DNA of 64,000 nt from NCBI GenBank assembly GCA_050949045.1, contig JBMNEZ010000001.1:800001-864000 (forward strand). Direction: 5' to 3'. Within the stretch, counting starts at the first letter, position 1, and each line of letters starts with the position of its first letter. The translations under genes were made by a program, and so were the position numbers. This document shows, piece by piece, positions 1-9,191 of this stretch. The notes under the pieces were generated by a model. The model was not told where the DNA came from and did not search any database. It saw only the letters and a program-made list of their open reading frames with translations. The DNA is from Candidatus Izemoplasmatales bacterium (GTDB lineage Bacteria > Bacillota_I > Bacilli_A > Izemoplasmatales > Hujiaoplasmataceae).

Positions 1-297
1 CTGCTCACCAAACATCACATCACTCTTTACGATGTCATCGAAAGTTGCCGGACAAAGGGCTCGCTGGACAATTCGTTGACCCAAATCAAACCTACGGACA
101 TAAGATCTGTTTTGAAACAAACATCAATTAAGAAAATCTACACTAACGGCAGGAAAGCCGAAAAATTGTTTTCTCTATATTTTCCGGAATTGGTACCGCT
201 ATCCGTCTATCTGCCTTCGACTTCCCCTACAAATGCCAGATTCAATATCGATGATCTATATCATCATTGGCTTGTGATCAAATCGTCTGGCCCGTAG
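1..297 (+). CDS. DNA-deoxyinosine (hypoxanthine) glycosylase, UDG family 6; 5'-truncated by window edge
   Basis: Frame open from base 1: LLTKHHITLYDVIESCRTKGSLD...IYTNGRKA...LPSTSPTNAR, matching family-6 UDG motifs (DV..SC, LPSTSP.N). Confidence 0.8.
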   Translation: MLTKHHITLYDVIESCRTKGSLDNSLTQIKPTDIRSVLKQTSIKKIYTNGRKAEKLFSLYFPELVPLSVYLPSTSPTNARFNIDDLYHHWLVIKSSGP

Positions 298-306
298 TTC
301 CGATCA

Positions 307-1530
307 TCATGACCGATTCCCCGCCGCGCTTGTGCCCGCCACATGGCCGCTAGTCCAAGCCCATTGGAGATTGAACCCGCCACAAGGTCCGTCGATATCA
401 AGGATCTCGCCCGCAAAATAGAGACCCGGGACTTTGGTGGACTCCATGGTTTTCGGATCGACCATCGCTACATCGATTCCCCCGACGGTGATTTGAGTGT
501 CTTCGAAAGGCCTTGTGCCGCTAACGACAAAATCCCATCCTGTAAGCAGTCTGGTGATACTATCAATGTCGCTTGAAGAAAGCGCGGCGGCGGGATGGGT
601 GTGCTTCGCTATTTTAGCCTCTTTTAACAACGGTGAGATCAGCCGCTTGTTAATCAGACCGATCAGACAATGATCAATCTGTTTCGACGGATTGTCTAAA
701 AAGCGTTTGCTAATATCGATCTTTTCGCTTTTTCCAATAAGAATGACTCTGATTAAAGTTTCTGAACCGGTTTCCAGGGCAAGTGCGGCCTGCCTGCTCA
801 AGTCGAGGATTGTGGGGCCGCTGATGCCATAACCGGTGAAAAGGATGTCTCCGCTTCTCTCATCGACCTTTTTTCCGTCGATGATCAATGCGGCAGTGCC
901 CTGGACTTTGACACCGTCGAGATGCTTTAGATAAGGCGACTCGAGTTTTAATTTTACGAGCGCCGGGAGAGTCCTGATGAGCTTGTGTCCCAGGGCTTGC
1001 GCCAACGAATATCCCGATCCGTTTGATCCGCTGGTTGGCATCGCCATTCCGCCGGTGGTGATGATCACGCTGTCGGATTCAAACTTTTCACCATCGGTTG
1101 ATATCGCCGAAAAACCGGAACCGTTTTTCACGATCCGGCACACATTCATACCGTTAATAACATTCACATCAAGACGCTTTAGTTCATCGAGGAACACATC
1201 GACAATGCTCGATGCCTGTTCGGAACGAGGATAAACCCTGCCGTTTTGCTCGACAAGCGGCTCAATGCCCAATTCTTTGAAAAACTTGATTGTTTCCCGA
1301 GGACCGAACAGATTAATAGAACCACTAACAAACCACGGATGATTGTAGTCTTCGCCGGTGGCGTTAATATTGGTGTAATTGCACCGGCCATTGCCAGTCA
1401 CAAGGATCTTTCTGCCAATGCGACTGTTCTTCTCAAGAATGGTCACTTTGGCATTGTTTCTCGCAGCGGCGATTGCGGCCATGATGCCGGCGGCGCCGCC
1501 GCCGATGATCATGATTTTCGTCTGTTTCAC
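307..1530 (-). CDS. HI0933/YhiN-family NAD(P)/FAD-dependent oxidoreductase
   Basis: GGGAAG Rossmann motif, GRKILVTGNGRCNYTN, GEILDIDGPCGGFNLQWAW; GTG start at 1530 with GGGAG RBS. Confidence 0.92.
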   Translation of the reverse strand: MKQTKIMIIGGGAAGIMAAIAAARNNAKVTILEKNSRIGRKILVTGNGRCNYTNINATGEDYNHPWFVSGSINLFGPRETIKFFKELGIEPLVEQNGRVYPRSEQASSIVDVFLDELKRLDVNVINGMNVCRIVKNGSGFSAISTDGEKFESDSVIITTGGMAMPTSGSNGSGYSLAQALGHKLIRTLPALVKLKLESPYLKHLDGVKVQGTAALIIDGKKVDERSGDILFTGYGISGPTILDLSRQAALALETGSETLIRVILIGKSEKIDISKRFLDNPSKQIDHCLIGLINKRLISPLLKEAKIAKHTHPAAALSSSDIDSITRLLTGWDFVVSGTRPFEDTQITVGGIDVAMVDPKTMESTKVPGLYFAGEILDIDGPCGGFNLQWAWTSGHVAGTSAAGNRS

Positions 1531-1871
1531 TGTCTCAACTCCCAACAACCATCATTCTCGCCTTTAATCAGATCAATGTCGTTCACTTTGTCATCTACCA
1601 AAAAACAATCTTAGGAACATTTCTCTGACGGAGTAAAACAATCCTGTTTCTTTCATATGGAATCGGTTTTCATTGAAACCGTTAATACGAAATACTACTT
1701 CTTGACCTCGCCGACCATAAAATTGGCATCAAGGCCTTAATACTACCCCTTGACAGTTATGCAAAGCGAATTATTTTTCAATAGCTTTCATGATACTTTG
1801 TCATTTACATCTTGTCTATTATTGTATCTTGATTATGGGCTTATTGCAATGAGCTGCGGAAAACAGCGAAA

Positions 1872-1910
1872 CAAAAAACCATAATCTCCGGGGTGTCCCA
1901 AGATCATGGC
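1872..1910 (-). terminator. intrinsic terminator after tRNA-Val(CAC)
   Basis: Minus strand CCATGATCTT...GGAGATTATGG hairpin followed by TTTTTTGT. Confidence 0.6.
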
Positions 1911-1925
1911 AAAGAAGATAATCAA

Positions 1926-2000
1926 TGGTGGAGCTAGAGGGTTTCGAACCCACGACCCCCTGCCTGTGAAGCAGGTGCTCTCCCGCTGAGCTATGGCTCC
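1926..2000 (-). tRNA. tRNA-Val(CAC)
   Basis: GGAGCCATAGCTCAGCGGGAGAGCACCTGCTT-CAC-AGGCAGGGGGTCGTGGGTTCGAAACCCTCTAGCTCCACCA; cloverleaf with encoded CCA; C6.A67 and U50.U64 mismatches. Confidence 0.9.
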
Positions 2001-2019
2001 TTGTCCAATATCGATATAA

Positions 2020-2048
2020 ATTATACAGCAAACGTGATCATTTTGCCA
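2020..2048 (-). promoter_or_regulatory. sigma-A promoter of tRNA-Val(CAC)
   Basis: TGGCAA-17 bp-TATAAT on minus strand just upstream of the tRNA. Confidence 0.6.
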
Positions 2049-2258
2049 TCCTGAAAACAAAAAAAGCCTTCGGGTGTTCCGAAAACTTTGATGATCAAAA
2101 GCGGTAGATACCTTGCTTTCAAATCCGAACCGTAGGCGATCTCAATATCCTTGAAAGCAATTGTTTCATTGATGGCGAATTGTCGTCATAAAGAAACGGC
2201 GATTCGACAAAGACGGCTGGTATTATATTATTCAATGTCGCCGTTTGACTCCAAAATC

Positions 2259-3452
2259 CTATAGACTAACTACACAATTTTTTCCTGATTCTTTTGCCTT
2301 ATATAATGCTTGATCCGCATTATCGATAAAATGTTGGATTTTTTTCTTACTATCTGGCAAACCGGAATAAATGCCTACGCTGACAGTGCATTTAAACTCG
2401 GGATTTTCTTCAAATACAACACTTTGTATTGCTTCACGTATTCTGTTTCCCATTATCACAGCTTGTTCATTTTTTGTTCCGTGTGCAAGAATTAAAAACT
2501 CTTCCCCGCCGAATCTGCAACATAGATCTAATGACCTCACATTTTCAGATATTACCTTTGCGATGGTTTTCAACACTTCATCGCCGAACAAATGTCCATA
2601 ATTGTCATTCACTTTTTTGAAAGAATCTATATCAATAAAGAGAAAAGACAATGATTTTTGTTCTATCAGAGCCCTTTGATAATACGCCTCAGCCTTACTC
2701 ATAAAAAATCTTCTGTTGTGAATTTGCGTTAAGGGATCCAGGTTACTGCTTACCCTCAACAATTCATATGAACGCTCATACATTATGAGCAAGAAGCCCG
2801 CTCCGTTTACAAACATAAGCAAAAACAGCAAGATGAATGTTCCGCTTTGAATATAGTCACTGGTAAACAAACTGGCGTTTTCATCAAACAGCGAGTTTAA
2901 TGCCCTCAATAGAAGCAACAAAAGAAAAACCAAGCTGATTAATCCGATAAATTTTTGGAATCTGCTGCTTAAAGTATTTGTAATATTTAATATATTAGGA
3001 ATCGCAAGAATACAAAAAATACTTAAAGAAGCAATCGCAATTCTAATATTCGGCGTACCAAGCAGAATCTCAAAAAGCAAAAACGATATAATGGATAATA
3101 CCAATAAAACAGTTTGCAGTCTAAACCATATTATTTTTGTTTTTTTATTCATTTTCAAAATAACAAATGAATCTAGGTAAAAGCCAACAAAAAGCAGTAT
3201 ATTGCCAAAATGAACTGAAAATATGTCATTGATATCTCCACGTAAGAATAAAAGAAGCCAAGCCGTTGCCTGAAATATTTTGGCAATTCCAAATTTCTGA
3301 ATCAGATTTTTTTCATAATCTGATTCATGATTTAAAAAATATCTTAACGTCAAAAGAGCCAATGCTAGATTTCCCCAGATTAAAATTCCCATCATGGTTT
3401 TTACATCTAGTCTGACTAATTCTCCAATAGCCTTCAAAAAATCAATAAACAT
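2259..3452 (-). CDS. membrane-bound diguanylate cyclase (multi-TM sensor + GGDEF domain)
   Basis: About 7 hydrophobic helices, then DPLTQIHNRR, FIDIDSFKKVND.YGH..GD, RSLD I-site, RFGGEEF; AT-rich. Confidence 0.93.
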   Translation of the reverse strand: MFIDFLKAIGELVRLDVKTMMGILIWGNLALALLTLRYFLNHESDYEKNLIQKFGIAKIFQATAWLLLFLRGDINDIFSVHFGNILLFVGFYLDSFVILKMNKKTKIIWFRLQTVLLVLSIISFLLFEILLGTPNIRIAIASLSIFCILAIPNILNITNTLSSRFQKFIGLISLVFLLLLLLRALNSLFDENASLFTSDYIQSGTFILLFLLMFVNGAGFLLIMYERSYELLRVSSNLDPLTQIHNRRFFMSKAEAYYQRALIEQKSLSFLFIDIDSFKKVNDNYGHLFGDEVLKTIAKVISENVRSLDLCCRFGGEEFLILAHGTKNEQAVIMGNRIREAIQSVVFEENPEFKCTVSVGIYSGLPDSKKKIQHFIDNADQALYKAKESGKNCVVSL

Positions 3453-3894
3453 GTTTTCATCTCACTTTTTATACAAAACACAGGTTTCTTTTAAAGGGGT
3501 CAATGGGCAGTCGGAATGTCCGGTCTGAGTTTTTCATTTTTTTCATTTACAGAAATAGATCAATGGTTTTTATCAATTTTAATGTATATTCTTTATTCGT
3601 CATTATCTTAGCATTCAATTTAAATTTTATTGCATCACGCAAATGTGAATGAATCAAAATATTAGCTTGCCAAATTTAACGTGGAAATCAATATTTACAG
3701 TCTCGTTTCGAACCGATTTTAAAAATCTCAAGTCGCCGTTTTTAATCAAAAATGGCGGAAAAACAATTGATGATTTGACACACATTTTGACACCTGTTTC
3801 AGCTTTCCAACATTTCAAATCTCTTGTTTGATTTTCTAAGCAAAAAAAATAAAAACGGTGTTTTTCGTAGAAAAACCGCAATATTTTATAGAAA

Positions 3895-3969
3895 TGGTGG
3901 AGCCAGAGGGGCTTGAACCCCCGACCCCCTGCACGTCAAGCAGGTGCTCTCCCACTGAGCTATGGCTCC
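3895..3969 (-). tRNA. tRNA-Val(GAC)
   Basis: GGAGCCATAGCTCAGTGGGAGAGCACCTGCTT-GAC-GTGCAGGGGGTCGGGGGTTCAAGCCCCTCTGGCTCCACCA; perfect acceptor stem. Confidence 0.96.
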
Positions 3970-3981
3970 GCTGCTAAAAAT

Positions 3982-4009
3982 ATTATAACATGCTTTCTGT
4001 CGAATGCAA
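3982..4009 (-). promoter_or_regulatory. sigma-A promoter of tRNA-Val(GAC)
   Basis: TTGCAT-16 bp-TATAAT with extended -10 TG. Confidence 0.65.
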
Positions 4010-4102
4010 ATAAAAAATGAAGCCGCTTGATTCATTCCTTTGCCTTTCTTTTATCAATTCAAACAATGAGTTACATCTGGAATAGAAAATAGGATTGAAT
4101 AG

Positions 4103-4140
4103 AAAAAAACACGCCGACAGAATGATGTCCATTGGCGTGT
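4103..4140 (-). terminator. intrinsic terminator after tRNA-Pro
   Basis: Minus strand ACACGCCA...CGGCGTGT hairpin plus T-tract. Confidence 0.6.
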
Positions 4141-4153
4141 GTTGTTATTTTTC

Positions 4154-4230
4154 TGGTCGGAAAGACAGGATTTGAACCTGCGACCTCTTGGCCCCCAGCC
4201 AAGCGCTCTACCAAACTAAGCTACTTCCCG
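4154..4230 (-). tRNA. tRNA-Pro(GGG)
   Basis: CGGGAAGTAGCTTAGTTTGGTAGAGCGCTTGGCT-GGG-GGCCAAGAGGTCGCAGGTTCAAATCCTGTCTTTCCGACCA. Confidence 0.96.
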
Positions 4231-4353
4231 GCAGGTATATTTTACCAGAAAACCGGCCATAAGGGAAATGTTTTTAATCCAAAATCAGAAATATCGGTTT
4301 TTAGGTCTACCGCTATGAAAACGGCGATAAGATAACCCGTCCAATACGAGATA

Positions 4354-4854
4354 CTATTCCGATTCAGTCGCCATCCGCACATAATCATCTGCGTTCTGAC
4401 GAATCGACTCGATCTCTGCTTCTGTTAGTTCCCTGACAATCCGGAACGGATTGCCCATCACGAGCATTCTCGAAGGTACCACCTTCCCGGAAGGCACCAG
4501 CGATCCAGCTGCGACCAAAGCCTGGCGCCCAACGATCGCGCCGTCAAGGATGATTGCGCCCATCCCGATCAGAGCTTCGTCCTCGATCGTCGCCGCATGG
4601 ATGATCGCCTTGTGACCGATCGTCACGTTTCGCCCGATAATGGTTGCTTTGCCAGTATTTGTATGGATGACGGCTCCGTCTTGGACATTCGTGTCGTCTT
4701 GGATCGTGATGCTCGCCATATCGGCTCTGACGACGGCGTTGTACCAGATATTGACGCGGTTACCCAAAGTGACTTCTCCAATGACAAAGGCCCCGGGAAA
4801 AATCCGGGTGCCGGCACCGATAACTGGTTCATGGCCATTGTATTTGATAATCAT
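4354..4854 (-). CDS. gamma-carbonic anhydrase family protein (YrdA/PaaY-like left-handed beta-helix)
   Basis: Hexapeptide repeats; VRAD, NVQDGAVIH, TIGHKAIIH metal-binding His; IGMGA. Confidence 0.92.
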   Translation of the reverse strand: MIIKYNGHEPVIGAGTRIFPGAFVIGEVTLGNRVNIWYNAVVRADMASITIQDDTNVQDGAVIHTNTGKATIIGRNVTIGHKAIIHAATIEDEALIGMGAIILDGAIVGRQALVAAGSLVPSGKVVPSRMLVMGNPFRIVRELTEAEIESIRQNADDYVRMATESE

Positions 4855-4867
4855 GTTGTTTTTCCTT

Positions 4868-6685
4868 TCATAGTTTCATCAGCACAAGCTCGTCTTCCGG
4901 TTCAATGGCAATCTCAACCGGCGCATACAAATCGCCTTCAAACATCGTGAGAACATCTTTATGGAAATATCCGAGCGGCATGACCTTTCCTTTAAAAGAC
5001 TCATACAAAGACACAATCAATTCCTTTTTGCATTGGAAAACCACCGGAAACTTTTCTTTGAGCAGATCTTTGGCGCTCCTAATGATGATCGCCTGATCGT
5101 CCTCACCGGATTCGCCCGGAGCGATCGTTAACAAGTTTTCATAAAAGATCGCCGTATCGTTGAAGAGCGCAAGTTTGCTGAGGAGCAAGGAGATGATCTT
5201 ATTTGAGATGATCGTGTTCTGGATCCTGAAATCCTTGACGATGCGGTCGTTTTTGGGATCGAGCAATTCGACGATGACATTCACATCCTGACGGTTCAAA
5301 TGGCCCTGGAGATAGATCAGAGTGTCGATCACAGTGGCGTCAAGGCTGTCTTGGGGCGTACTGTCATCGCTCAGAAGCACGATCGTCGTCCTTGCTGTAC
5401 TTTCGTTGATTCTAGCAAGCATTTTATCAATCTGCCCAAAATCAACCTTTTCGGAATGAAACTCGCTCTTATGGAGTTCTTCATAAGCCGCAAACGATTC
5501 CAAAATGAAGTCGAGCTTGTTGTTTTCGCCGATGATGTAAACATCCATGGCCGTCGATTCGACGATCGGTTTTGTCTGAAGTTTTTTGCCCTTCACCTGC
5601 ATTTCCGTCGTCTTGTCGGCCAGATCATGGCTTGAGCAAAGCACAAAGATGCCCTGATCCGCTGTGGCAATGGGGAATGCGTAGAGCCCCTGCCGGAGCG
5701 ATTCCGCAAATGACATATTCGGAACATAATAGACCTCGGCGCCTTCAAAGGAAAAAAGGGACAAATAGACGTCTTCCATCAGCGGATTGATGATCGTCTG
5801 GGCGATGATCTGCCCGAGCCGTTTGTCGAAGCACACAGGAATGAGCACATGCTCATTCAGGCTGTGGACGGTCTTTTCAAGAGTAAGGATTTTCTCCTTT
5901 GTTTCATAGTTTTTGATCTCGGCAACGATCGGCGTCCTTCTGGGAAAAACGAGGCTGCCGAGCGAGAGGATCACCTTGATGACGTTGAGATCGCTCTTGC
6001 TCATGTTTCTCGCGACTTCCTCATGGATATCCCTGTTCATGATGATGATGGTATCCGCTTCCCTGATCGAGATATCTTCGAGATCGCTATGAAGCAGCGG
6101 GTCTCCCTGCTTGACAAGAACGTTGAAATGTTTGAAATCCCGATCGGTCTTCTTCAGTTTCTGGATCGAGTTCACGATCTGTTTCTCCGCATAGGTTTTG
6201 TCGATATCCGCAAGGATTATGACTGTTATCCTCCGGTTTTCGACATAGATCAAGTCCGCGACTAGTTCGGGGACTTTATTGTTCCAGTTGAGAATGGCAA
6301 CATGCTGTTCAAGATAGATTTTCCCGGAACCGGATTGCTTCTTCTGAAAATAGTCCTTGATCGCATTTGTGGTGAGGGCGATGATCGTGCCTGTGAAGAG
6401 AACCATCCCGGTAATCAGGACGATTACAGCCAGAAACAGGGTTTTCGGATTGGTGATTGTTAGAATCGCGTTTGGCGAGAGCAGCCATTTCATCGATCCG
6501 TTGGCAAACGCATCGATGAAGCTGGTGAAAGAATCATCGATTGCGAGCGCGATCAGAGCCGCAACCGCGAGAATCGCGACGTTGATGAAAAGCATCACCA
6601 AAATGATGTAAACGAGCGGTTGCTTATAGGTTTTGATGCTTATCAAACTCCTGGCCTTGATCAGTTTGCTTTTCAGTTTTTTCAC
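4868..6685 (-). CDS. CASTOR/POLLUX(DMI1)-like ion channel with RCK-type cytoplasmic domains
   Basis: Two TM helices flanking a pore-like segment, then HVAILNWN, GDPL..SDLEDISI..A.TIII, D..VIK, and a second RCK-like region (VIVELLDP). Confidence 0.72.
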   Translation of the reverse strand: MKKLKSKLIKARSLISIKTYKQPLVYIILVMLFINVAILAVAALIALAIDDSFTSFIDAFANGSMKWLLSPNAILTITNPKTLFLAVIVLITGMVLFTGTIIALTTNAIKDYFQKKQSGSGKIYLEQHVAILNWNNKVPELVADLIYVENRRITVIILADIDKTYAEKQIVNSIQKLKKTDRDFKHFNVLVKQGDPLLHSDLEDISIREADTIIIMNRDIHEEVARNMSKSDLNVIKVILSLGSLVFPRRTPIVAEIKNYETKEKILTLEKTVHSLNEHVLIPVCFDKRLGQIIAQTIINPLMEDVYLSLFSFEGAEVYYVPNMSFAESLRQGLYAFPIATADQGIFVLCSSHDLADKTTEMQVKGKKLQTKPIVESTAMDVYIIGENNKLDFILESFAAYEELHKSEFHSEKVDFGQIDKMLARINESTARTTIVLLSDDSTPQDSLDATVIDTLIYLQGHLNRQDVNVIVELLDPKNDRIVKDFRIQNTIISNKIISLLLSKLALFNDTAIFYENLLTIAPGESGEDDQAIIIRSAKDLLKEKFPVVFQCKKELIVSLYESFKGKVMPLGYFHKDVLTMFEGDLYAPVEIAIEPEDELVLMKL

Positions 6686-6904
6686 TATCGTTCACCCCTT
6701 TACATCTATTCTATTATATTCACTCGGCTGGCGAGATACAATAGCGTTGGGCAAATGCCTGAAGAAAACACCTTATCGCGGTATTCAAGAAAATAAGTTT
6801 CTGCATTCAAAACTCGGCAGCTACACTTAACGATTTGATTGTCGGGTTTTTCAATTAAAACCGGTTAAGATGTTTCTCCTCTTGGAAACAAACGAAAGAA
6901 AACC

Positions 6905-8398
6905 TCATCGTATCTTCAGTGCTTTGACCGCCTTCCCGATTGACTGGAGCACATCCGTCGCGATGAGCCCGGTTTCATCAATCTGTGAAAGTGCGATTTC
7001 AGCCGCTTTTGCATGAAGAAGTCCGCCGCGGACAGCGGCCTCAAACAAGTCGTTGCCTTGTGTTGCCATCGCCGCGATCATCCCCGAAAGCAAGTCTCCC
7101 ATTCCGGCTGATGCCATGCCCGGATTGCCCGCTTTGAGATAGACCAGCCTATCATTCTTGGCAACGATGGTCACGTGCCCCTTGAGCACGGTCACGATAC
7201 CCTTCTGGGTTAAATGAGCGATTTGCTTCTCGCAGTCGGCTTCCAATTCCCTAGCGTCGATCTCGAGCATCCTCGCCAGCTCCCCCGCGTGCGGCGTCGC
7301 GATGATGTGCCCAAATGTGACTCCCCTAGCGAGCAGTTCCTTGAGGTAATCCAGTCCGCCTGCGTCGATCAGAACTGGAGTCCCTATCTTTAGAATGCTC
7401 TCAAGAATCTCTCGATGGTTTTGATCGCCTTTGTGATCAATACCTACACCAAAAATGCAGAAATCAGCCTTTTTGATTGTTTCATCAAGGTCCTTTGGCT
7501 GTTCATAGAATACATATATTAATTCCGGATACAACTGATTCCAGTAAGCCTTATCCTTTTCTTTGATGGCAACCCGAACGACTCCCGCCCCGCTTCGAAG
7601 AGCGGCGATGCCCGCCAATTGCATTGCCCCCATCATCCCTGGTGAGCCGCCGATGACCAGGATGTCGCCGTAGTTGTACTTATGGCTCCTGTGCTTGCGA
7701 TTAGAGAGAATCGGGATGATGTCTTCATAATTGGCCAACCGGCGTTTTTTTCCTTTTGTATCATTTGTTAAACCGATATCGACGACTTTGATCGCCCCTG
7801 AGTAGTCGAGGGCATCGTTGAGCAGGTTGCCGACTTTCAAATATCCGATTGCGGCAGTCCAGTCAGCTTTGATTGCCACTCCAGAAACCAGTCCGGTATG
7901 GCCGTTTATCCCAGAAGGGATGTCGATTGAAAAGACAAACTTGCCGGCATGGTTGACCCGTTCGATGAGATCACAGTAGCGTCCCTCGATGAGTCGGTCA
8001 ACACCGATCCCAAAAAGGCCGTCGACGACGACATCTTCCTCAAATGTCAGTTCCTGAGGTTCAGGCGCAAGCAGAATGCTAGCGCCGGCGGCTTCAAGGC
8101 GCTCCAAAGCTTTCCGTCCTGCCGGGCTCTCTTTACCAATTTCAAAAAAATTGGCAACCGTGACCGGATATCCGGCCAAAAAGGCATGCCTTGCGAAAAC
8201 CAGGGCGTCCGCGCCGTTGTTTCCCGGCCCGGCCAAAACCAGAAGCCTTTTGTTTTTATCGGGACAAACCTCTTTCGAAAAATGCCGAAACAAGCCTGAA
8301 CCGGCCGTTTCGACTAGCTCGTATTCGGCGATATTGTTTTTAGACATCGCCGATTTTTCAATGGTCCGCATTTCTTCAACGGTGACGATTTTTAACAT
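6905..8398 (-). CDS. nnr: bifunctional NAD(P)HX epimerase/dehydratase
   Basis: GPGNNGAD, DGLFGIG, IDIPSG (NnrE) plus HKYNYG, TPHAGE, GMASAGMGDLLSG (NnrD). Confidence 0.95.
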   Translation of the reverse strand: MLKIVTVEEMRTIEKSAMSKNNIAEYELVETAGSGLFRHFSKEVCPDKNKRLLVLAGPGNNGADALVFARHAFLAGYPVTVANFFEIGKESPAGRKALERLEAAGASILLAPEPQELTFEEDVVVDGLFGIGVDRLIEGRYCDLIERVNHAGKFVFSIDIPSGINGHTGLVSGVAIKADWTAAIGYLKVGNLLNDALDYSGAIKVVDIGLTNDTKGKKRRLANYEDIIPILSNRKHRSHKYNYGDILVIGGSPGMMGAMQLAGIAALRSGAGVVRVAIKEKDKAYWNQLYPELIYVFYEQPKDLDETIKKADFCIFGVGIDHKGDQNHREILESILKIGTPVLIDAGGLDYLKELLARGVTFGHIIATPHAGELARMLEIDARELEADCEKQIAHLTQKGIVTVLKGHVTIVAKNDRLVYLKAGNPGMASAGMGDLLSGMIAAMATQGNDLFEAAVRGGLLHAKAAEIALSQIDETGLIATDVLQSIGKAVKALKIR

Positions 8399-8410
8399 AC
8401 TGCCTCCTTA

Positions 8411-9097
8411 TCAAATCCATAAGCTCAAAAGCAAGATGATTCCCAGATGAGCAGGGTAATAGACGTAAAAAAACCATTTTCGATAGGCTCCCGGCTTGCC
8501 GTTATAGAAATAAACCGGCAGAAGCGCAAGCACGGAAAACCATTGCAGATATTCAAATTTTGCCAAATCACCGCGCCCAATCAACTCCAAAAACGGCCAG
8601 TCGAGAAAGAGGATGTTAAGGGCGATAACCATCAATGCCTGAGGCAAGAACTGCCTGTAGACGCCAAAAATGATGACGATCCCGATTCCATAGGCGCCGT
8701 AAGGCATCCGCAACAACTCGGAACCGATCAAAATTATGATTACCGATACCCTCAGGTACCATTCATTCCTTTTAAGCAAGATTAAAGACAGGAGGCCGAA
8801 CGCAAGCGGCCAGATCACATTGAACGTGAACAGATGGTTCACACCCGATATCAGGTAATATATCAAGACCCCGATTTCGATAATCAAACAGTAGCCGAAG
8901 AGCCGCAGAAAATACTTTTTGACATTATGGGAATGATGGAAGCCCTCGGCGACCATGAACGAAAACAGCGGGAAGGCAACTCTGCCGATGCACCGGCAAA
9001 TTGTATAGAGGATGGTGTCTGCCGGCAGAAGATAGAGGCCGATATGATCGATCGTCATCGTGATGAGGGCGATAATCTTCAGGGTTTTTCCGCTCAC
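8411..9097 (-). CDS. TraX-family membrane acyltransferase-like protein
   Basis: LKIIALITMTIDHIG, IGRVAFPLF, EGF.HS, YNGK.G, FFY.YYP.HL; likely GTG start 9097 with GAGG RBS. Confidence 0.88.
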   Translation of the reverse strand: MSGKTLKIIALITMTIDHIGLYLLPADTILYTICRCIGRVAFPLFSFMVAEGFHHSHNVKKYFLRLFGYCLIIEIGVLIYYLISGVNHLFTFNVIWPLAFGLLSLILLKRNEWYLRVSVIIILIGSELLRMPYGAYGIGIVIIFGVYRQFLPQALMVIALNILFLDWPFLELIGRGDLAKFEYLQWFSVLALLPVYFYNGKPGAYRKWFFYVYYPAHLGIILLLSLWI

Positions 9098-9191
9098 AGC
9101 GCACCTCTTCTCAAAAAAATAGGCATTATTTTTCTTAGACAACTAGTCTAGACTTTCTCGAATCCACCAACTTGATAACTATGGCTCCACT

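Noticed and set aside
1585..1808. ACTTTGTCAT(C/T)TAC direct repeat 210 bp apart
   Set aside because: Only two copies in AT-rich DNA; could be an operator but there is no supporting evidence
3484..3512. TTTAAAGGGGTCAATGGGCA as a possible IS end upstream of the DGC
   Set aside because: Too short; no partner inverted repeat or transposase remnant
8411..9097. TraX as a sign of a conjugative element
   Set aside because: No relaxase, T4SS or integrase nearby; host-like composition
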